From NCBI GenBank assembly GCA_022571845.1, contig JACZXB010000012.1, positions 127-64,126 of the forward strand: a stretch of 64,000 nucleotides of DNA, written 5' to 3'. The notes beneath the pieces are model-generated. The model searched no databases and was not told where the DNA came from. It worked only from the letters and a program-made list of their open reading frames with translations. A program made the position numbers and the translations under genes. The stretch is from Candidatus Zixiibacteriota bacterium. GTDB taxonomy: Bacteria > Zixibacteria > MSB-5A5 > GN15 > FEB-12. Positions 1 to 9,993 of this stretch are shown one piece after another. The first letter of the stretch is position 1. Each line of letters starts with the position of its first letter.

Positions 1-361
1 GCGCTGTCGGCTCCAGGCCATAGTCGAACGACCCGCCCCTCTGAAAGTTGTAGAAGTTGTCCAGATCGGCGAAAGGCTCGGCGATCGCCAGGCGCTCGTC
101 GGCGCCAGTCGGCGAGGTTGCGCCCGGCACGTACAGGAAGAACGAACAAGCGAATGCAAGCGTGTTCTCGGGTCCGTCCACGGGGTCATACCGATCGCCG
201 TTTCCTGGCCACGTCCAGTCCGTAACGGCGCCGAAGGCATCCGGGTTCACGGCGAGGTGCCCATCGCCCGAGATGCCGTTGTCGAGCGCGTAAAACGTCT
301 GCGCATATCCGGTGCTCGCTGTCAGAGCAAGCGCGCTCAGACCGATTCTCTTCGTTCTCAT
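1..361 (-). CDS. partial secreted protein in the high-GC segment (3' end lies beyond the left edge)
   Basis: Absent from the ORF track because it is open at the window edge. Reverse-strand ATG at 361-359 follows AAAGGA. It reads MRTKRIGLSALALTASTGYAQTFYALDNG... (signal-peptide-like) and stays open to base 1. Codons are GC3-rich. Confidence 0.55.
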   Translation of the reverse strand, partial: MRTKRIGLSALALTASTGYAQTFYALDNGISGDGHLAVNPDAFGAVTDWTWPGNGDRYDPVDGPENTLAFACSFFLYVPGATSPTGADERLAIAEPFADLDNFYNFQRGGSFDYGLEPTA

Positions 362-507
362 GGTCGTTGTCCTTTCATGACATGCAGTGTCGGATCGCCG
401 CTCGGCGCCTCGGATTGCGGGCGGTGCATGTGCGCGCGCAGTGAGACGCGCCGGCGACCGAGCCGGCATTCCCCAACGAGCATCTCCTGTAGCGGCATGA
501 CATTCTC

Positions 508-1377
508 CTACGGACACCCGCCCACAAAAGCGTTCTGGAAGGCGAGAAAGTCGAAGAGGTCGAAGACCATGGGGCCGGTGGATCGGTCGAAGTCCGCGCG
601 TGGGTCCTGGGCGACGAAGAAGTCCTGGAACTGCAGGAAGTCGAAGATGTCCAGTGCCCCATCGCGGGTCAGATCGGGGGGACAGAAGCGCCGGATGCCC
701 GGCTCGTTGACCTTCGCGGCCCCGCCGATGTCGGCAACGAAGAAGCGCATCCGCATCGTGGCCGGGAACTTCCCGTCGTCGGCGACAAAGGTCACCGACA
801 TCCACTCCACGTGAGCCCCGTGCCGGTTTACCTGCAGCGAATCGGGGGTGAAGGTGAACCGACCCGTCTCCGGATCGAAGGACGAGTTGGCCAGCGGCGT
901 GGCGCGGAGCCTGACCGGGTCGCCGTCGGCGTCGGTTGCAGTGATCGTCGCGACGAACGTCTGTCCCTCGTCTAGGTACACGTCCCCGGGGGCGCCATTG
1001 AAGGAGATCACCGGCAGCCTGTTGCTCTTGCGCGACTCGTAGGTGGTGAGCGTGATCGTGTAGTTGTCGATCACGCCGCCCCCCATCGCCACGTTCAGTT
1101 CGTCCACCTCGACGAAGTGGTACTCGACGATGCCGGCAAACTCCAGCTCGATGACAAGCGGCACGTTTCGGCCGACCGGGTCCGGGGCCTTGTGATAGAT
1201 CGAGTTCTCGACGTAGGACCAGGGGTTGTTGACGCTGAGGCCGCCCTGCCAGCCGGGCTCGGTCCTGTTCGGGAAGATCCACTCGCCTTCGGCGTCGGTC
1301 TGCCCGGTGAACTTGGGATTGTCGGGGACCGTGGTGTCCAGCGCGCGCTGGAAGACGCGGATCTGGCAGCCTTGGCG
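508..1377 (-). CDS. secreted protein fragment with tandem GC-type-dockerin-like C-terminal motifs (5' end lost at the composition junction)
   Basis: This is the high-GC part of track ORF 508..1554. The tail reads [28 protein letters not shown]...[20 protein letters not shown]. The first ~60 aa of the track ORF are antisense to prfA and are not real. Confidence 0.6.
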   Translation of the reverse strand, partial: RQGCQIRVFQRALDTTVPDNPKFTGQTDAEGEWIFPNRTEPGWQGGLSVNNPWSYVENSIYHKAPDPVGRNVPLVIELEFAGIVEYHFVEVDELNVAMGGGVIDNYTITLTTYESRKSNRLPVISFNGAPGDVYLDEGQTFVATITATDADGDPVRLRATPLANSSFDPETGRFTFTPDSLQVNRHGAHVEWMSVTFVADDGKFPATMRMRFFVADIGGAAKVNEPGIRRFCPPDLTRDGALDIFDFLQFQDFFVAQDPRADFDRSTGPMVFDLFDFLAFQNAFVGGCP

Positions 1378-1380
1378 CGT

Positions 1381-2235
1381 GAAGAACTGGCTGAGTATGA
1401 GCCGGCGTTTGAGAAACTTGAAACTGAACTTAAAGTAAAGCTTCTGCCCCGTGACCCTGACGACGACAAGGCAGCCATTGTTGAAATTCGTGCCGGTACC
1501 GGCGGAGACGAAGCCGGTCTGTTTGCAGCTGACCTGTTTAAGATGTATCAGCATTTTGCGGATTCCAAAGGCTGGACTATAGAAGCACTGAGTACCAGCC
1601 CTACGGCAGTCGGCGGCTTTAAGGAAATTATCTTTTCAGTTTCCGGAGACGACAGCTACGGCCATATGAAATATGAATCCGGAGTTCATCGCGTACAGAG
1701 AGTACCACAGACTGAGACTCAAGGCAGAATACATACCTCGGCGGTGACAGTGGCTGTATTTCCCGAAGCGGAAGAAGTTGATATTGATATCAAAGAGAAT
1801 GAACTAAAAATCGATGTTTACAGGTCTTCGGGGCCGGGCGGTCAGTCTGTTAATACCACAGATTCGGCAGTGCGCGTTACACATATTCCGACCGGACTGG
1901 TAGTAACCTGTCAGGATGAGAAATCTCAGCTAAAAAACAAAACCAAAGCTCTCAAAGTTTTGCGTGCCCGGCTGATGGACAACATTAAGAAAGAACAGCA
2001 GGCCAAGATGACCGAAGAGCGCCGCTCAATGGTATCAACCGGTGACCGTTCGGCGAAAATCAGAACTTATAATTTTCCTCAAGGACGGGTGACCGACCAC
2101 CGCATATCTTTAACGCTGTATAAGCTTGATGGAATTTTAGCAGGCGATGTAGATCCCCTGATAGAGCCTCTCAGAGAATTTGACCGCCAGAAAAATCTTG
2201 AGAGGCAGGCCAAGCCAAAAGCAGAGGCCAAATGA
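1381..2235 (+). CDS. prfA: peptide chain release factor 1, 5'-truncated (about 100 N-terminal aa missing)
   Basis: Motifs seen: [38 protein letters not shown] (PxT region), [16 protein letters not shown] (GGQ) and [14 protein letters not shown]. The track ORF segment 1117-1380 is high-GC read-through, not RF1. Confidence 0.9.
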   Translation, partial: EELAEYEPAFEKLETELKVKLLPRDPDDDKAAIVEIRAGTGGDEAGLFAADLFKMYQHFADSKGWTIEALSTSPTAVGGFKEIIFSVSGDDSYGHMKYESGVHRVQRVPQTETQGRIHTSAVTVAVFPEAEEVDIDIKENELKIDVYRSSGPGGQSVNTTDSAVRVTHIPTGLVVTCQDEKSQLKNKTKALKVLRARLMDNIKKEQQAKMTEERRSMVSTGDRSAKIRTYNFPQGRVTDHRISLTLYKLDGILAGDVDPLIEPLREFDRQKNLERQAKPKAEAK

Positions 2236-3194
2236 AACAGATCATAAGAATTCTGATCAGCCTGATGATAGCATCTACCTTCATCTTTGCATATTATGAC
2301 AACAAGCTTGAAGCTCCGGAGAAAATCACTAATACTATAAATGATTTCGAACTTGAGACAACTACTATTCCAACGGCTCAAGAAGATTCGTTAATTACTA
2401 TCGAAGTATTAATCAATGGTCCGATTGACTCGACTTTGAATTTTCAATTCAGGAATTTAAAAAGTCTGCAAAACGAAAGCACTCTCTTGAGACGGTATGC
2501 GCGCACGCCGCTTACCAGACCCGATTCTTCGGAACAAGTATTTTCAACGCGTTTGCGGTCGCCCCAAAAAGGCACTGCTACTTACTACTACTTTGAAATA
2601 CTGGATCCGGTTGGAAGATATAAAGCCGGGTTGAAAATGCCCGATGGCAAACCTTTTAAAATAATTGGCATTGGCAAGGTCCCGGGCTGGATAAAATATT
2701 CTCAATTGACATTGCTGTTTATCGGAATGTTTTCCATAGCCTTGGCGATAATGCTGGCCTCTGAATGCCAAGACAACTATGCGCGTACCGGTGAATCGAT
2801 AAAATGGTTTATGGCATCTTTGGTCTTCTTGATTCCGGGCGTATATCTGTTTGAGACTTTCTCCCGCATGCATCTACTGGGAGAAAGCTGGCAGGGAGTC
2901 CCTTTTGGCGCCAGCCTTTCTGATAATCTTTTACAAATACTGATAATATTTATTTTCTTACTGATTTCAGGCAGCAAAGAATTGATGGCCAAGTCAGCAC
3001 AAAAGGCGGGAGTTATCAGTAAGTCATCTTATAGGAAATTTGCCATCGCAGCGCTGGTTATATCTTTTTGCGCCTTTGTACTGTTTGGTAGTATGAAAGT
3101 CAGTGCATCGGTCACTGAAGTTCTTTCGTATTCGATATTGGCCTCGCTTTTTATTTCATATGCTGTGCTCTTTTTCAAAGCCAAAAACAGCTGA
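2232..3194 (+). CDS. multi-pass membrane protein, unknown function
   Basis: 320-aa ORF with an N-terminal TM segment and about 5 C-terminal hydrophobic helices. ATGA overlap with the prfA stop. Lies between prfA and prmC. Confidence 0.65.
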   Translation: MKQIIRILISLMIASTFIFAYYDNKLEAPEKITNTINDFELETTTIPTAQEDSLITIEVLINGPIDSTLNFQFRNLKSLQNESTLLRRYARTPLTRPDSSEQVFSTRLRSPQKGTATYYYFEILDPVGRYKAGLKMPDGKPFKIIGIGKVPGWIKYSQLTLLFIGMFSIALAIMLASECQDNYARTGESIKWFMASLVFLIPGVYLFETFSRMHLLGESWQGVPFGASLSDNLLQILIIFIFLLISGSKELMAKSAQKAGVISKSSYRKFAIAALVISFCAFVLFGSMKVSASVTEVLSYSILASLFISYAVLFFKAKNS

Positions 3195-3195
3195 G

Positions 3196-4092
3196 GTGGG
3201 CGCAATCTCTAGAAGCGACAACAATCCGGTTAAGGCGCACATCGGGGTATTGATATCAAAGTATGCCCATGAATTAACGGAAGCGGGCATTGATTGTGCC
3301 GAAGCTGAGTGTGAGTTAATCCTTTGTTACGTGCTCAAAGTTAACCGGCTAAATTTGTATCTTCACGGCGAAAGCCTGATAGATGATGAAGCTATTGCCA
3401 AAATAGAAAACATCATTTCAAAACGAATCAGGCGCTACCCACTTCAATATATTCTGGGCGAGTCATGGTTTTACGGGCGCTGTTTTTATGTCAATGAAAG
3501 TGTGATGATTCCTACACCAGAGACTGAGTTGCTTTGCAAGGCCGCCATTGGCTTTTGTGAAACGCGCAGGATTCAACGACCGCGCCTTCTCGATATCGGC
3601 ACCGGTTCCGGTATCATTTCGATTACACTAACGTGCGAATTAGCGGATGCCAATATAACGGCGGTAGATATTAGTGAACAAGCGCTGGAAGTTGCCAAAA
3701 AAAACGCCGCCAAACTAAGCTCCGAAAAAAAGATATGTTTTTTGAAATCAGATATGTTTGAGAATCTGAATAAAACTATTAAGTTTGATCTGATTCTATC
3801 AAACCCGCCCTATATTACTGAAGAAGAATACAAGACCGTACCACCCGAAGTTAAGGCTGACCCGAAAATCGCCATTACATCGGGCACCGACGGCCTTGAC
3901 GCTATCAGAGTTATACTTGAACAATCGCCGGATTACTTAGCAGCAAACGGCCGGATTATGTTCGAGATTGGACACAAACAGTCAGAAAAGATTGCTCAAC
4001 TGGTAGAAAGCGACAGCCGCTATAGCTCTATTTCAATCTTAAAAGACTTAAATGATATTGACCGTATCGTCATTCTCAGCTGCCACAAATAA
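3196..4092 (+). CDS. prmC: release factor glutamine N5-methyltransferase (HemK/PrmC)
   Basis: NPPY motif (ILSNPPYITEEEY) and SAM loop LLDIGTGSGII. Canonical prfA neighbourhood. Start is uncertain: the track ORF opens at 3103 inside the upstream gene, and GTG 3196 or TTG 3250 are more plausible. Confidence 0.88.
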   Translation: MGAISRSDNNPVKAHIGVLISKYAHELTEAGIDCAEAECELILCYVLKVNRLNLYLHGESLIDDEAIAKIENIISKRIRRYPLQYILGESWFYGRCFYVNESVMIPTPETELLCKAAIGFCETRRIQRPRLLDIGTGSGIISITLTCELADANITAVDISEQALEVAKKNAAKLSSEKKICFLKSDMFENLNKTIKFDLILSNPPYITEEEYKTVPPEVKADPKIAITSGTDGLDAIRVILEQSPDYLAANGRIMFEIGHKQSEKIAQLVESDSRYSSISILKDLNDIDRIVILSCHK

Positions 4093-4094
4093 GT

Positions 4095-4745
4095 ATGCCG
4101 CGCGAAAGCATAATAGATAAAATAGCCAGAGCTAAAAAGATTATCAAAGCTCTTAAAGCTGCCTACCCGGATGCTGAATGCTCGCTGAATTTCAGGAACA
4201 TCCATCAGCTGATGGTCGCCACTATTCTTTCGGCGCAATGCACGGACGAACGGGTTAATATTGTCACCAAAGAATTGTTTAAGAAATATCATTCGGTCAA
4301 AGATTTTGCCGAGGTTGATATTAAGCAACTTGAAAAAGATATCCACTCAACCGGTTTTTACAAAAACAAAGCAAAGTCTATCAAAAAATCTGCACAGCAG
4401 CTGTTGGAACATTATGACGGAAACATTCCCAGAACGTTGGACGAATTAGTCAAACTTGCCGGGGTGGGTCGCAAAACCGGCTCGGTGGTTCTTGGTGCGG
4501 GCTACGATCTGGCCGAGGGCATTGTAGTCGATACGCATGTTATCCGAATCAGCAATTTGTTGAAACTTACCGATCATAAAAACGCAGTGAAGATAGAGAT
4601 GGAGCTGATGAAAATTCTTACTAAAAAAGATTGGATCATTTTCACACACTTGCTAATTGACCACGGCCGGGCAGTATGTATCGCGCGCCGCCCCGACTGC
4701 CCACATTGCACTCTCAAAAACCTCTGCCCCTCCGCAAAGATATAG
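4095..4745 (+). CDS. nth: endonuclease III (DNA glycosylase/AP lyase)
   Basis: HhH-GPD motif LVKLAGVGRKTGSVVL and a C-terminal 4Fe-4S Cys cluster, CIARRPDCPHCTLKNLC. Confidence 0.92.
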   Translation: MPRESIIDKIARAKKIIKALKAAYPDAECSLNFRNIHQLMVATILSAQCTDERVNIVTKELFKKYHSVKDFAEVDIKQLEKDIHSTGFYKNKAKSIKKSAQQLLEHYDGNIPRTLDELVKLAGVGRKTGSVVLGAGYDLAEGIVVDTHVIRISNLLKLTDHKNAVKIEMELMKILTKKDWIIFTHLLIDHGRAVCIARRPDCPHCTLKNLCPSAKI

Positions 4746-4777
4746 TCGCAAGATTATCACGTCATCGGGCTTAAAAT

Positions 4778-4803
4778 GTCATGCTGAGCGGAGTCGAAGC
4801 ATA
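4778..4803 (+). repeat. interspersed repeat, family A (GTCAYSCTGAGC..GTCGAAGS)
   Basis: gtcatgctgagcggagtcgaagcata. The same core recurs at 6817, 20311, 22650, 27013, 27822, 32689, 32729, 48627, 51722 and 51770. Confidence 0.8.
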
Positions 4804-4888
4804 AAGGATTTGATATTTGCATTTTAGGAGTCCGCCTCTGCGGGTGTTTCTGATTGCTAAAATTGGACCGAACCGAACAAATTTCCCC

Positions 4889-4917
4889 TTGACAAACAAG
4901 GACAAAACTGCTAATCT
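4889..4917 (+). promoter_or_regulatory. candidate sigma70-type promoter upstream of the FG-GAP gene
   Basis: TTGACA (4889-4894), 17-nt spacer, TAATCT (4912-4917). About 135 nt upstream of ATG 5052. Confidence 0.3.
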
Positions 4918-5051
4918 AAAGCTACAACGGCGATATTCACATGTTTTATTTGCTACTAACTGACTAAAAAGGACGATAAAGGCTAATCGTATGCATTACC
5001 GATTGCCACAGGAAATACATTAAACATCAGGTAAACAAAGGGAGGTAGGAT

Positions 5052-6701
5052 ATGTTAAGCAATAGACTTATTGTAGCACTGACACTCTTAGTCATTTTGA
5101 TTTCAAACTCTAAGGTAAGCTCTCAGCAGTACCCACCGCTTTATACGTTTACCGGTGAAGCTGCTGGTGAATCGTTCGGCTGGTCGGTTTCAGGTGCCGG
5201 GGATTTTGACGGCGACGGATATGATGACCTCATAATCGGAGCATGGACAAGCGATGCTGGAGGTCCTCAGTCCGGACAGGTTTACGTCTTTTCTGGAAGG
5301 ACTGGTGACACATTATACGTAATAACAGGAGAACAATCTTTCAATCAACTTGGAGGCGCCACAGATGGTGTAAGCAGCATTGGAGATTTTAATGGTGACG
5401 GCTATGATGATATTATCATTGGAGCCCGGTTTCACAGAGGAGTAGGAAGCAATTCCGGCCGAGCCTATGTTTTCCTTGGTGGTCCCGGCCCATATCCTGT
5501 TCGAACTGGAGCTTCAAGCGCAGACATGATCATTTCGGGAGTATCCCCCGGGGATCGGCTGGGCTATTCAACCTCGGGCGCGGGTGACGTTAATGGTGAT
5601 GGCTATGACGACCTGATCATTGGTGCGACGCAGGATTACGGCACTGTCGGTTCGATAGGACGCGCGTATGTGTTCCTTGGAGATTCCGTACTGCCGTCGG
5701 CCGTCTCGGCTTCCGCTGCTGACATCATTCTCATAGGAGAGGCAATGGGTCACTTGTTTGGGCTCTCCGTCACCGGGGCTGGCGATCTTAATTCAGATGG
5801 TTTTGATGATATTCTTGTAGGAGCACCGCAACGTGAAACCGGCGGCACAGGAGGTAATGCATATGTTTTCCTTGGGGGGCCTGGACCATATCCTAACAGC
5901 ATATTAGCACCTGACGCAGACATGATTTTCATGGGTGAGTCCACCGGCGACATTTTCGGTGTATCAACGTCCTTTGCAGGAGATATTAATGCCGACGGTT
6001 ACGCTGATGTGATCATCGGAGCAAGTTTGAACGACGCAGGAGGCACCGATGCTGGTAGGGCATACATCTTTTTCGGTAGCTCCGGTCCATTCCCGTCCAT
6101 AACGGATGCCACTGCTGCCGATGTAACAATCACTGGACAAGCAGCAAACGGAACGTTTGGGACTATTGTCTCAGGCGTAGGTGATGTCAATAGTGACGGC
6201 ACCCACGGTCTGCTTATAAGTGCGACACCATGGGATTACGCGTCACCTAATGATTCAGGTCACGCCTTCTTGTTCCTTGTAGGTTTCGGCCCTTATCCCG
6301 CTTTCGTTTCTGCTTCTTTGGCCGACATAGTTTTCACTGGTGATTCAACGGGCGATCTCTTTGGTGCTTCATCCTCCTACGCTGGTGATGTCAACGGAGA
6401 CGGTTGTAACGACATTATCATCGGAGCCCCAAAAAATGATGTGGGAGGTACAGATGCCGGACGGGCATACGTTTATACGGCTTGTGGTTACAGGGGAGAC
6501 GTAAACAACGATGGTGCTGATGCTAACATTCTTGATTTGACTTGCTTGGTTGACGAAATCTTTCGCGGTGGCTGCCCCGATTTAAGTAACTGTTTGCAAG
6601 AACTCGATGTAAACAGCGATGGTAATCCAGCTGATATTGTTGATCTGACTTTCCTGGTTGACTTTATTTTCCGCGGTGGCCCGGCGCCGGGGCGGTGTTA
6701 A
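5052..6701 (+). CDS. secreted FG-GAP (integrin-alpha-like) repeat protein with a duplicated dockerin-like C-terminal module
   Basis: Strong RBS GGGAGG and a signal peptide. At least 7 repeats of GDxNGDGYDDLIIGA...GRAYVF. C-terminus reads DVNNDGADANILDLTCLVDEIFRGG / DVNSDGNPADIVDLTFLVDFIFRGG. Confidence 0.88.
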   Translation: MLSNRLIVALTLLVILISNSKVSSQQYPPLYTFTGEAAGESFGWSVSGAGDFDGDGYDDLIIGAWTSDAGGPQSGQVYVFSGRTGDTLYVITGEQSFNQLGGATDGVSSIGDFNGDGYDDIIIGARFHRGVGSNSGRAYVFLGGPGPYPVRTGASSADMIISGVSPGDRLGYSTSGAGDVNGDGYDDLIIGATQDYGTVGSIGRAYVFLGDSVLPSAVSASAADIILIGEAMGHLFGLSVTGAGDLNSDGFDDILVGAPQRETGGTGGNAYVFLGGPGPYPNSILAPDADMIFMGESTGDIFGVSTSFAGDINADGYADVIIGASLNDAGGTDAGRAYIFFGSSGPFPSITDATAADVTITGQAANGTFGTIVSGVGDVNSDGTHGLLISATPWDYASPNDSGHAFLFLVGFGPYPAFVSASLADIVFTGDSTGDLFGASSSYAGDVNGDGCNDIIIGAPKNDVGGTDAGRAYVYTACGYRGDVNNDGADANILDLTCLVDEIFRGGCPDLSNCLQELDVNSDGNPADIVDLTFLVDFIFRGGPAPGRC

Positions 6702-6711
6702 AATTATAATT

Positions 6712-6751
6712 GTAGGTGAGGAGCCCGCCTCGGTGGGTGCGCCTGACCTAC
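6712..6751. repeat. palindromic repeat, family C (GTAGGTSAGG...CCTGACCTAC)
   Basis: gtaggtgaggagcccgcctcggtgggtgcgcctgacctac lies directly after the FG-GAP stop. Related copies are at 52654-52722. Confidence 0.7.
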
Positions 6752-6816
6752 TTAGAATAGGAAGAACCATTCCGTGGGCGGCAGATGTCCTCATTGCCCC
6801 TTTGGCAAAACTATTC

Positions 6817-6875
6817 AACCCTTTCGACCCTTTCCGCCGAGGCGGACTCAGGACGAGCGCAGGCTCATGGTGACG
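6817..6875 (-). repeat. composite family A repeat (reverse orientation)
   Basis: ccctttcgaccctttccgccgaggcggactcaggacgagcgcaggctcatggtgacg is nearly identical to 20311-20367. Confidence 0.85.
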
Positions 6876-6927
6876 TAAATGCCTTCGGCACTTCGTTAGG
6901 CGGGCTACACTGCCACAAAAAGCAGTA

Positions 6928-6955
6928 GTAGGGGCTGAATATATTCAGGCCCTAC
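6928..6955. repeat. imperfect palindromic repeat, family D
   Basis: gtaggggctgaatatattcaggccctac, an inverted-repeat hairpin in the spacer before purL. Confidence 0.5.
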
Positions 6956-7018
6956 AAATACTAATTCCAACATCAATCCGATTGATTCTCAGAAACTGAA
7001 GCACTATATTCACGCCCT

Positions 7019-9259
7019 ATGGCAGATTCCTTGAATCAACCCAAAGTCACGCCCGAAATAGTCAAACAGCATGGGCTGAGCGAAGAAGAATACGATAAAA
7101 TTAAAGAGATTTTGGGACGTGAGCCGAACTTCACCGAGCTGGGCATATTTTCTGTAATGTGGTCGGAGCATTGCAGTTACAAGAACTCCATAGCCCTGAT
7201 AAAGACTCTCCCCCGCGATGGCGAGGCTATTTTGGCTAAAGCCGGTGAAGAAAACGCCGGTGCTGTTGATATCGGCAATGGCCAGGCAGTCGTTTTCAAA
7301 ATCGAGTCACATAATCACCCCTCGGCAGTAGAGCCGTATCAAGGAGCAGCCACCGGTGTCGGCGGCATACTTCGTGACATTTTTACAATGGGCGCCCGTC
7401 CGATCGCAGCTTTGAACTCACTTCGGTTTGGCCAGCTCGATAACCCCAGAGTGCGCTATCTGGTCGACGGCGTAGTTCGTGGCATAGGCGATTATGGTAA
7501 TTCTTTCGGGGTACCGACTGTTGCCGGCGAAGTTTATTTTGATGAATCCTATACCGGCAACCCGCTGGTCAATGCCATGGCGGTTGGAATTGTCAAAACA
7601 GATAAAATTGTTTCGGCCGTGGCCAAGGAAACCGGCAGCCCGATTATGATTGTCGGTTCCAAGACCGGCCGCGACGGTATTCACGGTGCTACCTTTGCAT
7701 CGGTGGAAATCAGCCAAGAGTCTGAAGAAAGACGGTCATCGGTCCAGATAGGCGACCCCTTTACAGAAAAATTACTGCTGGAAGCAACTCTGGAAATAAT
7801 CGACCAGGACTTGATAGTTGGCATTCAGGATATGGGAGCGGCCGGGATTACCTGTTCATCTTCGGAGATGTCTGCCAAAGGCGAGTGTGGTATTGAAATA
7901 GACATAGAAAAAGTTCCCGTTCGCGAAGACGGCATGACGCCTTATGAGATACTGCTTTCTGAATCACAGGAGCGGATGCTGGTCTGTGTCAAAAAGGGCT
8001 GCGAAGAGAAAGTCAGTGAGATTTTCAAGAAGTGGGACCTTGAGGCTGTTATAATCGGCCAGGTGACGGACGATAAATTGATGACGATAAAACTTGATGG
8101 CCAAATAGTCTCGCAAATTCCCTCGAATGATTTAGTGCTCGGTGGCGGAGCGCCGGTCTACACTCGCGAAATCAAGAAACCAGACTATATCGACTCTGCC
8201 GAAAAATTAAATTACGATGATTACAAACTTAATATTGATTGGAACAGCGCCCTTCTAAAATTGCTGTCCTCCCCTAACATCTGCCACAAAGGCTGGGTCT
8301 TTGACCAGTACGATTCAACCGTGCGTACAAATACGGCGGTTGGACCCGGCTCCGACGCTGCTGTCATGCGCATCCGAAAAACTCGCAAAGCTCTGGCTAT
8401 GACTACCGACTGCAACGCCCGCTATTGCTATTTAAATCCCAGAATGGGTGCAATTTCGGCTGTTTGTGAGTCGGCCAGAAATATCGTTTGTTCCGGCGGC
8501 AAACCTCTGGCTGTTACCAATTGCTTAAATTTTGGCAATCCCTATAAGCCGGATATTTATTACGGCTTTTCCGAAGTGATAGCCGGCATGGCTGAAGCCT
8601 GTCTGGCACTTGATACACCTGTCACCGGCGGTAATGTTTCATTCTATAACGAAGATCCCCAGCGGGCGGTCTTTCCGACACCTGTAATTGGTATGGTTGG
8701 TCTGGTTGAAGATATTTCTCATATTACTACCCAGACTTTTAAGGATGACGGTGACGCGATTTTACTTGTCGGTGAAAACAAAAATGAACTGGGAGCATCG
8801 GAGTATCTCCACACTCTCTTTAATCAAACTAAAGGCAAAGTACCAGCGCTTGACCTTGACTGCGAAAAGAAATTGCAGAGCGCTCTGTTGGCTGCGATTC
8901 AAAAGGGCCTGGTCAAGTCTGCCCATGACTGCTCAGAGGGAGGTCTGGCTGTGGCTATTGCTGAGTGCTGTATCTCTGAGAGAGAAAATATGGTTGGTGC
9001 CTCGATTAAAATCAGTGATGAGATACGCTCCGATTGCCTTCTGTTTGGAGAAACACAGTCGCGCCTTATTTTAAGCTGTGACAGCAAAAACGAGAATGAA
9101 TTAATTGCTTATTTTACAAAGCAAGGCATCAGCTGCAAGAACATTGGCACAACTGGTGGTAATAAGCTAACAATCAACGGCCTAGTCTCGGTCGACCTTG
9201 AGAAAATGGCAGAGGCATTCTATAATGCGCTGCCGGAGCTGATGGAAAAGGTCGCCTGA
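7019..9259 (+). CDS. purL: phosphoribosylformylglycinamidine synthase subunit PurL (FGAM synthase II)
   Basis: 746 aa. Motifs: [41 protein letters not shown], and the duplicated AIR-synthase-like architecture. Confidence 0.95.
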   Translation: MADSLNQPKVTPEIVKQHGLSEEEYDKIKEILGREPNFTELGIFSVMWSEHCSYKNSIALIKTLPRDGEAILAKAGEENAGAVDIGNGQAVVFKIESHNHPSAVEPYQGAATGVGGILRDIFTMGARPIAALNSLRFGQLDNPRVRYLVDGVVRGIGDYGNSFGVPTVAGEVYFDESYTGNPLVNAMAVGIVKTDKIVSAVAKETGSPIMIVGSKTGRDGIHGATFASVEISQESEERRSSVQIGDPFTEKLLLEATLEIIDQDLIVGIQDMGAAGITCSSSEMSAKGECGIEIDIEKVPVREDGMTPYEILLSESQERMLVCVKKGCEEKVSEIFKKWDLEAVIIGQVTDDKLMTIKLDGQIVSQIPSNDLVLGGGAPVYTREIKKPDYIDSAEKLNYDDYKLNIDWNSALLKLLSSPNICHKGWVFDQYDSTVRTNTAVGPGSDAAVMRIRKTRKALAMTTDCNARYCYLNPRMGAISAVCESARNIVCSGGKPLAVTNCLNFGNPYKPDIYYGFSEVIAGMAEACLALDTPVTGGNVSFYNEDPQRAVFPTPVIGMVGLVEDISHITTQTFKDDGDAILLVGENKNELGASEYLHTLFNQTKGKVPALDLDCEKKLQSALLAAIQKGLVKSAHDCSEGGLAVAIAECCISERENMVGASIKISDEIRSDCLLFGETQSRLILSCDSKNENELIAYFTKQGISCKNIGTTGGNKLTINGLVSVDLEKMAEAFYNALPELMEKVA

Positions 9260-9273
9260 CTCAGGTAAAGCCT

Positions 9274-9993
9274 GTGGCACTTTATATTTTTTCCGATGCA
9301 CATTTAGGGGCACATTCAGAAGCAAAAGAATCAGAAAAACTGAGTAAGATTGGTCAGTTGTGCCAGCTGGTTAAAGAGGACGGTGACAGGCTGGTTATAT
9401 TGGGAGACCTTTTTGATTTCTGGTTTGAGTACAAACATACCGCCCCCAAAGAACATTATCAGGTTCTGTTTCTGTTAAGCGAATTAGTCCAGCAGGGAAT
9501 TCAGGTAGACTATGTCAGCGGCAATCATGATTTTTGGCTGGGTGATTTTTTTGAAACTCAGATGAAGATTACGATTCATCGTGACGATTTTGAAACAAAT
9601 TACGGCGGCAAAAGATTTCACTTTATTCATGGTGACGGTCTGTCACCCGCTGACCGGGGTCACAAAATCTTAAAAAGAATTTTCCGCAGCAAGTTTAATA
9701 TCTGGCTCTATAGAAAACTGCCGCCCGACTTTGCATATGTTCTGGCTAAAAAAGTATCGGGAAGTTCAAGAGAACATTCTTCAAAAAGAGAAAACAAATT
9801 TCTGTCTGATTATCGAAACTACGCTGTCAATAAACTAAAAGATCGGTTTGATGTAGTCGTTATCGGTCATCTGCATATTCCTTCGTATGAAGAAACCGAA
9901 CATGGGCTTTATATAAACAGCGGAGATTTTATTGAGCACTTCAGTTATGTCAAAGTGACCGACGACAAAATCTCACTGGAGTATCTCAGCTAA
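9274..9993 (+). CDS. lpxH: UDP-2,3-diacylglucosamine diphosphatase (LpxH-like metallophosphoesterase)
   Basis: GTG start. Motifs: FSDAHLG, ILGDLFDFWFEY, GNHDFWLG, HGD, GHLH. Collinear with E. coli LpxH. Confidence 0.8.
   Translation: MALYIFSDAHLGAHSEAKESEKLSKIGQLCQLVKEDGDRLVILGDLFDFWFEYKHTAPKEHYQVLFLLSELVQQGIQVDYVSGNHDFWLGDFFETQMKITIHRDDFETNYGGKRFHFIHGDGLSPADRGHKILKRIFRSKFNIWLYRKLPPDFAYVLAKKVSGSSREHSSKRENKFLSDYRNYAVNKLKDRFDVVVIGHLHIPSYEETEHGLYINSGDFIEHFSYVKVTDDKISLEYLS

Noticed and set aside
57-814. Plus-strand ORFs 57..293 and 257..814, and also 375..662(-) and 1095..1478(-), in the high-GC block
   Set aside because: These are Arg/Ser/Ala/Pro-rich low-complexity translations, typical of off-frame ORFs in ~70% GC DNA. 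They overlap the better-supported minus-strand genes, which have signal peptides and recognisable motifs.
1117-1380. N-terminal 88 aa of track ORF 1117..2235 as the true start of prfA
   Set aside because: This part is GC-rich antisense to the dockerin-tail gene and shows no RF1 N-domain similarity. It is read-through across the composition junction.
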